Shown in pieces: positions 46,065-56,414 of a stretch of 64,000 nucleotides of DNA. The stretch spans positions 160,001-224,000 of the forward strand of contig CAWHCF010000022.1 in assembly GCA_963827655.1 (NCBI GenBank), written 5' to 3'. The stretch comes from an uncultured Acidobacteriota bacterium. Lineage in GTDB: Bacteria > Acidobacteriota > UBA6911. Position 1 is the first letter of the stretch; each line of letters begins with the position of its first letter. Below the pieces are notes generated by a model. The model saw only the letters and a list, made by a program, of their open reading frames with translations, did no database searches and was not told where the DNA came from. The translations under genes and the position numbers were made by a program.

Positions 46065-48639
46065 TCACTCCGCGCTTATCCCCCGAAACATACGGCTGAG
46101 GTGTTCCTTCCACTGAGACAGTTCGTCATCGGGAATCTGCCCACCGGTGAGCGTCGTGACATAAAAATTGTTTTCCGCGCGCGCCGCCCAGGTTGCAACC
46201 TTTGCGGAATGGATGTGCAGTCCGCTCCTCGAAAGGGCGCGTGTCATGAGGTAAAGAAGTCCTTGCAGATCGCGGGCAATGACGTGCACCACCGTGTGTT
46301 CCTCCGACAAGTCGTTCCTCAACTCGACACTCTCCAGCAAGACGCCGCTCGGAGGATGTTTCCCTCCGGCTTTCAAGAACTGCTCAACGCTGCGCGCGCC
46401 TGTCAGGACCTCCTTGAGAGCTGAGCGGACGCGGTGGGCTCGATTTTCCGACACCTGCATCCCCGCGGACCTAAGCCAGAGCGTATCCAAGACAATGGGG
46501 CGGGCGCTTTCCATGGTGTACACCTGAGCTTTTTGAATGTCGGCGGTGCACCCGTAGAGCACACCGGTAATCTTGGCCAGAAGGCCGGGCTGCGGGTCGT
46601 CGTAAGTGCAGACCGTGAGTTCCGAGAAGTCGTCTCCAGGCCGGTTGTAGATATCAAGCACGACCTTCTCCTCTTCGAGGCGGCTCAGTAACTGGATGTG
46701 AAAAGCGATCTCGTCCAGCGGTGTATTGAGGACGTAACTCGCCGGCATGGAGTCACAATGCTTCCGGATCGCCTCCTCCTGGTGTGGTTGATGTGAAGCT
46801 GCAAGCTTGCGGCGAACTTGAACGATCTTGTCTTCGACCGCTTCCGTACCGGCTTGGGAGCGGCCTGACAAATAGCTCTGGACCTTTTGATACAATTCTT
46901 GCAGATCACGAAAGTCCATGGAGGTCCAGTTCCGCTCCGCCACCGCCCTCGTGTCCACGTATGTGAACACATAGAGATGCCTCAGCGCCTCCACCGAAGG
47001 AATCTTGTCCGCCACGTTCTGAATCACCCCGGCGGATTTGAGATCCTGCAGTCTGCTGGTCCTCACCAGGAGCAGATGGTGCCGCACCAGGATTTCAAGC
47101 AGCTCTCGTTTATCGGGTGGGAGCTCCAGTCGAGACCCAGCTTCTTCGGCCAACCGCGCGCCGGCTTCGCTGTGGTTCGTCGCCCGGCTGGAGCTTGCCG
47201 GCATCATGAAGAAGAGCCGCCAGACAGAGCACGTCGAAATGGGAACATTGGTCGATCAGCTCGCTGAAGTGCGGTCCGGAGGGGTCGCGTCGATGTTTCA
47301 CCTCTTCGAGATGCTCGATGATCTTCAGCGAATGCTCGCCCACCGTGTAGCGATGCGCAGGATCCGGGGGAACAAAGCGCATCACCTCCGAAAATCCGGG
47401 GATGAAGCGATCCAGGTAGCCGAAGCTGCACATAGAACGGAGCGACCTTGCCACATCGCGTCCTTCACCCAGAATATTCAAAAAAGCCCACGACTCTTCC
47501 GGCGAGGGCTCGCTTTCGCCCGCTCCTCCGCTGGAATACTCCTCCAGGCTCTTGAGATCTTCCAGGCTGACCGGAATGGAGTAGCGCTGAGAGAGATGGA
47601 AAAGCTTGGCCACCGACTCCGGAACTTTATCGATCTCTTTTTTTTCGAGGTGCAGGTACCCGTCGGCCAGACGCACGCCGCCCAGCTCTAACGGCCCCTC
47701 AAGAACGTGGCGCAGCGCCGATTCTCGAAACGAGGCGAGGGTCTCAGCATGCCCGTAGTGCCGTGAAAGCCATTCCTGCGCGGACTCAGCCGACGATTCG
47801 CGGGCTATCCGATCCTGGTAGTTGTTCACCAACACATCGGAGCGTTTTCCTGTGACCAGGTGGAGCCAGTTGCGGGCCTGCCAGAACCATTCTGCCGCAG
47901 ACTGCACCGCTGCGATGCGCGATGCCGACAGGTAGCCTTTTCTCTCGAGCGTCGACGGAAGGGAGGCGTCGTCGACTCCCAGAAGGAGCTTGTAGATCCA
48001 GCGACCGCGGTGCAAGTCCCGCAGCGAGCCGGGTCCCTGCTTGAGGTTCGGTTCCACGGAGTAGAGAGAATTTGCCCGGCCTCGCCCATCGGGCCCGGTT
48101 TCTGAATAAAACTCAAGCGTCAGGTCGAGAGGGGAGAGATTCTGGCGGAGCTGAAAGTCCAGCGCCTCTGACAGGTAGCGATCACCGCAGAGATGCCTGG
48201 TATCCAGCAGGGCGGTTTTTGTGGCCAGATCCCATGTGGAAACTTCGGATACCGGACGATAGGAGTAACCAACGCGAACCTCACGAAACGACAGGAATAC
48301 GTCCATAACCAGGCGGAAGGCCATGTGAACCGCAGCTTCCACCCAGGGGTCTTCCTCTTCCGAGGGGACGAAGGCGATATCCACATCGGAAAAAGGATTC
48401 AACTCCTTGCGCCCATATCCTCCTGTCGCCAGAATGGCGAGTCCCGAATGCCTGGTCTTGGCACATTCTTTGTCGGCAGCCCTGCATGAAGCTTTGTAGA
48501 TCTCGTCGACAATTCCGTCCACAAGCGCCACGTGCTGCTCGAGCAGTTCACGACAGGGCGCCGTGCGAGCATCGGATCGAAACAACTCGGCCCGGCCATC
48601 GCGAAACTTTCGACGAAGTCGGCCTATCTCGTTCTGCAT
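46065..48639 (-). CDS. glnD: PII uridylyltransferase/uridylyl-removing enzyme; one frameshift near 47181
   Basis: GGYGRKELNPFSDVD, EPNLKQGPGSLRDL, HRYTVGEH..ALLHD; second frame resumes at NHSEAGA and ends in two ACT domains; junction GGC g ACG AAC. Confidence 0.9.
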
Positions 48640-48760
48640 GCTCCGCTCTCAACGGGAGTAAAGAGGACAAGGCCCAGGCCGGCGGCGATCACGGGCTGCA
48701 CACAAGAGTCTCAGTTCTTTACGCCGGCTGTTCTAACTGCGCAACGGCTTCGCCCCTCGT

Positions 48761-48810
48761 GGAGTGCGGTAGCTTGCTACCGCCTTAGTTTTGGCGAAGC
48801 TTGCTTCGCC
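48761..48810. repeat. REP-like twin hairpins
   Basis: ggagtGCGGTAGcttgCTACCGC and GGCGAAGcttgCTTCGCC. Confidence 0.6.
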
Positions 48811-49152
48811 GGCGAGGGGTTCGCCCTTGTGACACGAAGCGAGCGCGCCAGGACGACTCTCGATTGGGCGTTTCAACGGACTTCGCTCTTCTGGCATGGC
48901 ACGGTCCGGCACGCCGAAAGTGCCGCTCGGAAGACTCTCGCTTCTTGCTTCACACGATTCATCATGTTTACCGGGCATCCCTCAAAAATGCGGACGGCTG
49001 ACAGAAGCACCGGGCCTGGTCAGCTGTCGGTTGTTAGAGTCGCCGTGACGGGACTCCGACTCCCAGAACGGGAGCGGAATCCTCGTCAGGCTTGGCATAA
49101 CGCGCTTGCTGCCTCGTGCAGAAACAACGCGCAGGGATCCCGGCGGCGGGTT

Positions 49153-50571
49153 TTAGATATCGAAATAGAGAGCGAACTCGTACGGATGAGGTCTGAGCCT
49201 GATTGCATCTACCTCTTTGGTACGCTTGTAGCTCAGCCACATGTCAATGAGATCCTGAGTGAACACGCCCCCCGTGAGCAGAAAATCATGATCCCGCTCC
49301 AGGGCATCCAGCGCCTGGTCCAGCGACCCGGGCATTGATTTCACCTTGGCCGCCTCCTCGGGTTTGAGATCATAGAGATCCTTATCGATCGGAGCCGGAG
49401 GCTCGATCTTGTTCCTCACCCCATCCAGACCTGCCATCAGCATGGCCGGGAAAGCAAGATACGGGTTGCAACTTGGATCGGGAGTCCTGAACTCGATCCG
49501 CTTGGCCTTCTCGTTGGTGGAGTACATCGGTATCCGCACACAGGCGCTGCGGTTTCTCTGAGAATAGACCAGGTTAATCGGGGCTTCATACCCGGGCACC
49601 AGCCTGCGATACGAATTCGTGGTAGGGGCGATCAAAGCGCAAAGAGCATCGGCGTGCTTCAAAAGGCCCCCGATGTAATACTTGGCCGTATCGCTAATGA
49701 GCGCGTACCCGTTCGGGTCATAGAAGATATTCTTGCCCCCTTTCCACAGGCTCTGATGCGTGTGCATCCCGGAACCATTGTCCTGAAAGATGGGTTTGGG
49801 CATGACCGTGACCGTCTTGTTATGCTTTCGTCCAACGTTTTTTATCACGTACTTGTACAGAAGCACCTGATCCGCCATTTTGGTCAGCGTCGTGTAACGC
49901 ATGTCAATCTCGGCCTGACCAGCCGTCCCCACCTCGTGATGGTGGATCTCGACGATGATGCCAACCTTTTCCAGCGTCCGCAGCATATCAGAGCGGACAT
50001 TCTGCAGATGATCCATGGGAGGCACCGGGAAATAGCCCTCCTTGTACCGCGGCTTGTATCCCAGGTTTGGCTTATCTCCATTGCCCGAATTCCAGAAACC
50101 CTCCTCTGAGTCAATGTAGTAGTAGCCGTAGTTGTAGCTCTGATCAAATCTCACGCTGTCCAGTATGTAGAACTCGATTTCCGGACCCCAGTAGCTGATC
50201 TCGGCGATACCGGTGGATTTCAGGTATTCTTCCGCCTTCTGAGCCACAAAGCGAGGATCGCGCGAATAGGGCTCTCGCGTCACCGGATCCTTCACATTGC
50301 AAGTGAGACTCAAGGTCGGGTGATCGGTGAACGGATCCATAAACGTCGTGGTAGGGTCGGGGAACAAGAGCATGTCAGACTCATCGATGGTCTGGAATCC
50401 CCGAATGCTGGATCCGTCGAAACCGATGCCGTTTTCAAACAGGTCGGTCGTGAATTCGTTGGCGGAGATGGAGAAATGGTGCCATAATCCCGGCAGATCC
50501 ACAAACTTGAAGTCCACAATCTCAACTTTGTTCTTCTTAGCGGATTCAACTACTTCCTTGGCAGATGTCAT
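49153..50571 (-). CDS. glnA: Glutamine synthetase type I-beta (adenylylatable)
   Basis: FDGSSIRGF, GPEIEF, KEGYFPVPP, HHHEV, HTHQSL, PGYEAP, KRIEFR, DKDLYDL adenylylation Tyr. Confidence 0.97.
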   Translation of the reverse strand: MTSAKEVVESAKKNKVEIVDFKFVDLPGLWHHFSISANEFTTDLFENGIGFDGSSIRGFQTIDESDMLLFPDPTTTFMDPFTDHPTLSLTCNVKDPVTREPYSRDPRFVAQKAEEYLKSTGIAEISYWGPEIEFYILDSVRFDQSYNYGYYYIDSEEGFWNSGNGDKPNLGYKPRYKEGYFPVPPMDHLQNVRSDMLRTLEKVGIIVEIHHHEVGTAGQAEIDMRYTTLTKMADQVLLYKYVIKNVGRKHNKTVTVMPKPIFQDNGSGMHTHQSLWKGGKNIFYDPNGYALISDTAKYYIGGLLKHADALCALIAPTTNSYRRLVPGYEAPINLVYSQRNRSACVRIPMYSTNEKAKRIEFRTPDPSCNPYLAFPAMLMAGLDGVRNKIEPPAPIDKDLYDLKPEEAAKVKSMPGSLDQALDALERDHDFLLTGGVFTQDLIDMWLSYKRTKEVDAIRLRPHPYEFALYFDI

Positions 50572-50661
50572 TTTGTTCTGTCTTCCTCCTCGGGCGTCAG
50601 GGTCATCCCGATCTTTCTTTCTGGATTTATGAGTAACCAAGCTTCTAACCTAAAGCCCAGG

Positions 50662-51000
50662 CTAAAGCGAATCCTCGCCTCTTTCCCCGGTACGCACTCG
50701 CACGGAATCTTCCAGCGGAAAGATAAAAATCTTCCCATCACCGATCTCGCCGGTGTAGGCAGACTTTCGAATCGCCTGGACTACTTCGTCGCATTGATCG
50801 TCAAGGACGGCGACCTCAATTTTGATCTTGGCGAGAAGATCAATACTGTATTCCGATCCACGGTACCGCTCCACCTGCCCCTTTTGACGGCCCGCGCCGC
50901 GCACGTCGGTAACCGTCATGCCGACCACACCAACGTCAGCCAGCGCCTCTTTGACATCCTGAAGCCGGTGAGGACGAATGATGGCAAAGATCATTTTCAT
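50662..51000 (-). CDS. glnB: Nitrogen regulatory protein P-II
   Basis: GRQKG..ERYRGSEY (uridylylated Tyr51), TGEIGDGKIF, RVRTGE; 112 aa; no adjacent amtB. Confidence 0.93.
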   Translation of the reverse strand: MKMIFAIIRPHRLQDVKEALADVGVVGMTVTDVRGAGRQKGQVERYRGSEYSIDLLAKIKIEVAVLDDQCDEVVQAIRKSAYTGEIGDGKIFIFPLEDSVRVRTGERGEDSL

Positions 51001-51066
51001 AGTCACACTTCCGTTGCGAGAAGGGCAAAGAATGAACTTCAACCGGAACCAGCAAAAACGCGGCAC

Positions 51067-51094
51067 ACTATAGCATCGATTCCAGGAATGTCAA
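51067..51094 (-). promoter_or_regulatory. Sigma-70 promoter of the gln cluster
   Basis: TTGACA-N16-TATAGT with TG extended -10. Confidence 0.7.
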
Positions 51095-51395
51095 CACTAT
51101 TGATCAATAAAATTAGCATTTTCGTCAAGATTCAGAGAGCGATTTCGACAGTTTCGCCTAATCTTAGTCTTTAGCAACTGTGGAAACTACCAAATGTCAG
51201 CAGTTTTCCGAGCAAATGGCAAAGATTTGCTTGGTGTCTTCGCGTCACTCTTTGATGCGGCTGGCGGGATCGAGGGGATTGGTATAAGGCTTATGGCGAG
51301 GGCTTCGCGGCGGAGTTGGGCCCGCGCGGTGACGGCCAACGACGATCCATCTATCCGAGAGACTTGGAGGAGCGGGCGAAGCTATAAATGTCTGC

Positions 51396-52725
51396 TCAGC
51401 GACTCTCGAGACCGGCGCGATGTCGTTGCTCGCGCCTGTACTCCATGGAGGCCAGCAGCTGCTGGAACCGAGGGTGATTCCGGATGCTCGCCAGATGCGG
51501 ATCCCGGCGCAGCCAACCTTCCCGGTCGTCTCCCGCGCGGGTCGCTCGGTCGAGCCAATCGAGCGCATGGTTGGTGTCGCCCATCAGCGCATAGAACTCC
51601 GCCGCCCAGAGAGGCCCCAGATACGAGGTTCCTGCATACGTCTGAACCTCCGCATCCATTTCGCGGACCGCTTCGGTTGGCTTGTGCTCCAGGGCCAGCA
51701 GCAGGGCCCAGCACAGTCGGCCCTTGTAGTTCGCTCGATGCTGGGCGTCCACGCGTTCCAGCGCCTGGCGGGCCTTCGGAAGGTCTGCCGAATCCATGTA
51801 GGCGCGAGCCAGGAACCAAAGGGTTGCGCGGCTGGTGGAATCCTGCTCCAGGATTCGCTCGAATTCCCGGATCGCGCCGGGCAGGTCCCCCTGTTCCCGA
51901 AGCAGTTCCCCGAGATTGAGTCGGGCCGGCCAGAACAACGGCGACTTCGCAATAATCTGCCTGGTCTGCTGAATTGCCTGCTCGTAGTCCCCGTTGCACC
52001 GGTGGTACAACGGCAGCCACATCTGCGCCGCCCAATCGTCGGGGTTCGCCTGCACCGCCTGAGCCACCTCGGCAGGGACCAACTCCTTGCGTCCCTGGAT
52101 GAGATAGGTCCCCGCCAAAACTGTGTGGGAACCGCCACACGCGGGATCGTCCCGTAGGGCCTGCCGGGCTTCCGCTTCCGCCTTGTAAAGCCAGCCCGGA
52201 TCGTTGGAGTCGCCCTGATGAACGAGCATCACGTGAGTTAAGGCATACGAGGCCCGGGCGGCGGCAAACCGTGGGTCGAGCGCAAGCCCGCGCTCGAGCA
52301 TCTGCCGCACCTGTACAGGGTCGTGTCGCGCTCCCTTCCCCCCAACCAGCCCGGCTCGCTCGTAGTACTCGTTCGCCTCGGCGTTCATGGAGGGATGGGC
52401 GCCGTCGCTGAGACGCGGACCGCCGGCAGGCACCGCCGGCTTTCCACGCAGCTGGACGCCGACCCAGGCCAATGCCGCGACCGCCACCATGGCAGCGGTC
52501 CAGAGCCAGCGCCGGCGCAATCTCGGGACTGCCGGCACTGGCGCGGGGACCGCCCAGCCGACTGGATGGCCTCCAGCGCGGCTCGCACCTCACCGGCGCG
52601 TTGGTATCGTTCCCCGGGGGACTTCGCCAGGAGGCGCTGAATGATCGCGGCCAGGCCGGCGGGCACGTGCTGGGGGAGCGCGGCCGCCGAATCCCGCATG
52701 ATCGCCGAGGTGATCTCGAATGCTG
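51396..52725 (-). pseudogene. 5'-truncated Ser/Thr kinase (C-lobe end, TM, TPR), frameshift near 52553
   Basis: AFEITSAIMRD..LLAKSPGERYQRAGEV, TM, TPRs, ends RDPHLASIRNHPRF; catalytic N-terminal part absent. Confidence 0.75.
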
Positions 52726-53159
52726 GACACTGCCGTAACGATCGGCGTTACGTGGGCGAAGACCAACTGCCGGCGGTGCGCGCTATTGGGGACGTTGGAA
52801 GGTTCTATTACTGGCGACTTGGCCTGATCGAACTGCCAGTGCATGACGTCGCTGGCGGATGCCTCAATACCCGTCGACCAGCGCGACGAGTCATCAGAAC
52901 GATGTTGCTCGTCTGCTCCAAGCTCGCGCGACGATCGATCGGCATGGATCGAGTTAGTTTCCTTCTTGTTACCTTTACGGTTGGGCTTTTGCAAGTTGGC
53001 TGTTATGTTATTGATGTTGTTGGTAACCTTGGCCGTCGTCAGTTGGAACCGCAGGTTGGCTGCACCAGATCGGCAATGCGCGATTCGCGTGACCCGGCGC
53101 ATCGTCCCCCCTTGAGCCGCGCAGTCCGTTATTGTCGGTCTGCTGGAAGGTTACGCGAA

Positions 53160-53572
53160 CAGATTCATCGACGGTGGCATCCGGCGGGGATGCTGTCCAG
53201 GTGACAAACAACGCCGGATACACTTCCTTCGAGTTCGTCGGATGGCGCCTACACCTGCTTCGTGCAGACCATGCTCACGCCGAGCCCGCTGTGGAGCCTG
53301 CCGACTTCCGGCGGCGTTCCCGGCAAGGTGCTGGAGGGAATTGTTCCAGGCAACTTCGTGATCGAGGGAGGCATTACCTGTATCTGACCGGCCCTCGGTC
53401 GAGACACGGCTTCAGTGCTTCGACTTCGCGACCCGCAGGTCCGCGACGGTGGCACGTAACGTCGGCAACGTGGACGTTCCACTCACGGCCTCTCCGGACG
53501 GCCCGCAGATCTCTCTATCCCCCCGGTGCACTCCTCGGTTGAGTTCCTGATGCTGGTGGAGAACTTCCGGTG
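53160..53572 (+). pseudogene. Degraded C-terminal PD40 beta-propeller fragment of a kinase-like protein
   Basis: SGGDAVQVT..., LWSLPTSGGVPGKVLEG, SPDG, ends LMLVENFR-stop; multiple frameshifts. Confidence 0.6.
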
Positions 53573-53630
53573 AGACCGCCTGCTCAATTACGAGATGCCT
53601 TAAGACAGCGATTCTCGATTCGAGATTGCG

Positions 53631-54953
53631 ATGAAACTGAGTGATGACTTTTTCGATGTTCGCAGGGCTGAGTTACGACCTGCCCTGTTGATGTTCGGAT
53701 TCTTTTTCGCCGTAATAGCGGGATTTCAGGTATTGAAGCCTCTGAAGAAGGGGTTGTTCGTGGCCCAATTCGGAGCCGAACAGGAATTGATCGCCAAAGG
53801 TCTGAACATCGATGTGGCATTTGCCGCCATGGTTGCTTTTTCCTTTCTGTACAACCGCCTGGGCGGGCGGCGTCTGGTCGCTTGTCTGGTCGCGATCTTC
53901 CTTGTCGCCCTTGCAATTTTTGCCGCTCTGATCAGCGACCAGCCTTCGGCCATTTTTAACTATGCATTTTATCTGTTCGGCGATCTCTGGAGCACGATCT
54001 GGGTGGCCACCTTCTGGGCGTTTCTCAATGAAATGTCCACCACTGATCAGTCAAAGAGACTGTATGGCTTCATCGGAACCGGTGGATTGCTGGGTGGAAT
54101 TTTCGCCTCCGCGCTGGTTACCTCTTTCGTGCGCGGATACAGCTCTCGTCCACTGATCTTGTTCTGTATCGTTCTGACCCTGCTTATCGGGCTGTTCACT
54201 TTTCAGGCCGATCGACTCGCTCGCCGGCCTGGGGCTGCATTGAGATATCACGAGCGCCCCATGCTGCTGGAACGCATTCGTACCCGGACTACTTTCGACG
54301 GCGCCCGAATGGTTTTCAAATCGAAATATCTGCTCTCGATAGTCGGTATTCTTGCCCTGTATGAATTCTGTTCCCAAATTCTGGATTTCCAGTTTTCGTC
54401 GGTTCTGGCGGCCCAGATGTCAGGCGGGCGGGATATTCAGGCTTACCTGGCGGGCGTCTACTTGATCACCAACATTCTTTCCCTGGTCGTACAGTTCATA
54501 CTCACCACTTTTCTCTTGAAACGATTCGGTCCGGGAGCCGGTTTGATAGTTCTACCCATTGCCATGGCTCTTTCCAGCGGGGCCTTCTTCTGGAATGCCT
54601 CTTTACTGATGGGGAGCCTCTTGATCATCTCGGACAACGGCCTCAACTATTCGATCAACCAGACCTCGAGGGAAACGCTTTTTGTTCCTACGTCCAGCGA
54701 TGCCCAGTACAAGGCGCGCGCCTTTACCAACATGTTCGTCCAGAGGCTGGCGAAGGGAGCTGCAACTACGGTTTCAGCTGTTTTCATCCTGATCGGAATC
54801 CGTTGGCTCAGCCTCATAACTATCGCCATAACGATCGGGTGGATCGCCATCGCACTATACGCGGGCCGGCGATTCCAGCTTCTGTCAGAGCAGAGCAACC
54901 AGAAGGAGATCGCCGCGATACAAAAGAAGGAACTCCGTGCGGGAAGTTTCTAA
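53631..54953 (+). CDS. NTP/NDP exchange (TLC/Npt-like) MFS transporter
   Basis: VLKPLKKGLF, FWAFLNE..QSKRLYGFIG.GG, NYSINQTSRETLFVP, QYKARAF.NMFVQR. Confidence 0.8.
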   Translation: MKLSDDFFDVRRAELRPALLMFGFFFAVIAGFQVLKPLKKGLFVAQFGAEQELIAKGLNIDVAFAAMVAFSFLYNRLGGRRLVACLVAIFLVALAIFAALISDQPSAIFNYAFYLFGDLWSTIWVATFWAFLNEMSTTDQSKRLYGFIGTGGLLGGIFASALVTSFVRGYSSRPLILFCIVLTLLIGLFTFQADRLARRPGAALRYHERPMLLERIRTRTTFDGARMVFKSKYLLSIVGILALYEFCSQILDFQFSSVLAAQMSGGRDIQAYLAGVYLITNILSLVVQFILTTFLLKRFGPGAGLIVLPIAMALSSGAFFWNASLLMGSLLIISDNGLNYSINQTSRETLFVPTSSDAQYKARAFTNMFVQRLAKGAATTVSAVFILIGIRWLSLITIAITIGWIAIALYAGRRFQLLSEQSNQKEIAAIQKKELRAGSF

Positions 54954-55001
54954 GGTGTCCTCGGGCAAGCTTCGGGAACGCGGTGAAGCCAGGAGGCCGT
55001 C

Positions 55002-56163
55002 CTACTCGAACGTCCCCGAGGCGCCGCCGCCGCCAAATTGGCCGCCGCCTCCACGGAACCCCTCTTCTTCAGGAGGCGCCGCCTGTGGTGTCAGGGTTAC
55101 CACGGTCCCCGCAAGCTCGAGCGCGCTCCGCTTCTCCGGGGATTCAAACAACACCTGCGCCGTGAAGCCGCGTCGCTCCCGGCCCGGAGCCGAATCGAGC
55201 CGTCTCCGTATCAACACGGCCGCGGCTATGAGGGCCAGCCCGCCGGCGCTGAAAACGATCCAGAGCGGAGCGCGGCGAGCATAAAAGAACAGGGTAGCAA
55301 GCGAAGCGACCGCCATGAGGGCGCCGGCATGGAGGAAAAGACGCCGCCGGCTTCGCAACCCCCAGGCGAAAACGACGAGCGGTAAGACGCCGGTCAGAGC
55401 CAGCGAGATGTAGCGAAAGGCGGACGATTGGTAAATTGCGTGCTCCTTCGAGGTAATGCGTTCGATGATCTTGTGGTCGAGCGAGTAAAAGTTAACCGCA
55501 ACATAGAACACGACGAGCGCGAACGCGAGGAGCGCGGCGCAGGACCGCCGGTGCGATGGAGGGAGCCGCGGTGACTCGGAACCCGCGGTCAGGACCGGAA
55601 GCAGTAGTGAAGCGACGACAATCCACAGTAGCCGGGCGTAGGCGAATTGAGAGAGAAGCGCGACAAAAAAAATCCCCGACAGCACCGCATAAGGCCAGTA
55701 TCCCCACCTCCATGAAGCGGCCGCACTGATCAAGGCGCACAGAAGGAAGAGCAGCGCGTCGCCCTGTTTGAGCGATTGGTTCAGAAGCGCGATTCCCACC
55801 ATGACGTGGCCCAACCCCACGAGTGAAGTTGCGGCTTCGATTCCTCCCTGGGCGCGCTTCAGCACCCCGATCTGATATTCGGCGAGCGCAAGGCATGCGA
55901 GCCCAACGACAAGGGTGAAAGGCCCATGGTGAGAGAAGGCGCCGAAGGAAATCGCGATCAGGGCGAAAAGCCCCTTCCAGAGCGATTATGGTAAAGACAA
56001 AATAGAGAATGCGAAAGACTCGACCGACGCGCACGCGGTCGTCGGCGTATGCGGCATCGATCGCCAGGCGCGCGACTTCGTCGATCACACCCGCCCGGCG
56101 CCAGCCGCGGGCTGCACTCCGGACTTCGAATCGCCGATCGGCTTCGGCGGCGTCGGCTCTCAT
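55002..56163 (-). CDS. Polytopic membrane protein with Gly-rich tail, partner of the DUF2157 gene; frameshift near 55968
   Basis: MRADAAEADRR..WRRAGVID; frame switch in the GGGGCTTTTC run; many TM segments; ends FRGGGGQFGGGGASGTFE. Confidence 0.7.
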
Positions 56164-56181
56164 TCAATTTCCTTCATTCTA

Positions 56182-56414
56182 GGGTTCGCGCAGAAATAAG
56201 TTCGCATTCTGCTGCAGGCCCCCAGGCCCGCTGGCGAGGCGCGAGCGACGATGCGTACCCGGTGCGGTACGTGAGGAGCGAGCAACAAAGCCAGCGGGCC
56301 TGCGGGCCGCAGCCCGAAGGGGCGCGATCCTCAGCGCGCTTGGCGAACAGAAACCGGTTCATGATTCACCACCGATTCTCGCGCCAGAATGTGAAGTTAT
56401 TTCTGCGCGAGCCC
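56182..56414. mobile_element. 233-bp MITE with TA target-site duplication
   Basis: TIRs gggttcgcgcagaaataagttcgcattct / agaatgtgaagttatttctgcgcgagccc; TA at 56180-81 and 56415-16. Confidence 0.85.

Noticed and set aside
49092-49110. Sigma-54-like TTGGCATAACGCGCTTGC
   Set aside because: Spacing is 12 and it is on the wrong strand for glnD
51217-51230. Sigma-54-like TGGCAAAGATTTGC near glnB
   Set aside because: GG-to-GC spacing is 9 rather than 10, and it points away from glnB
52590-53204. Novel small proteins from ORFs 52590-53102 and 52641-53204
   Set aside because: No RBS or recognisable motifs, and they overlap pseudogene fragments
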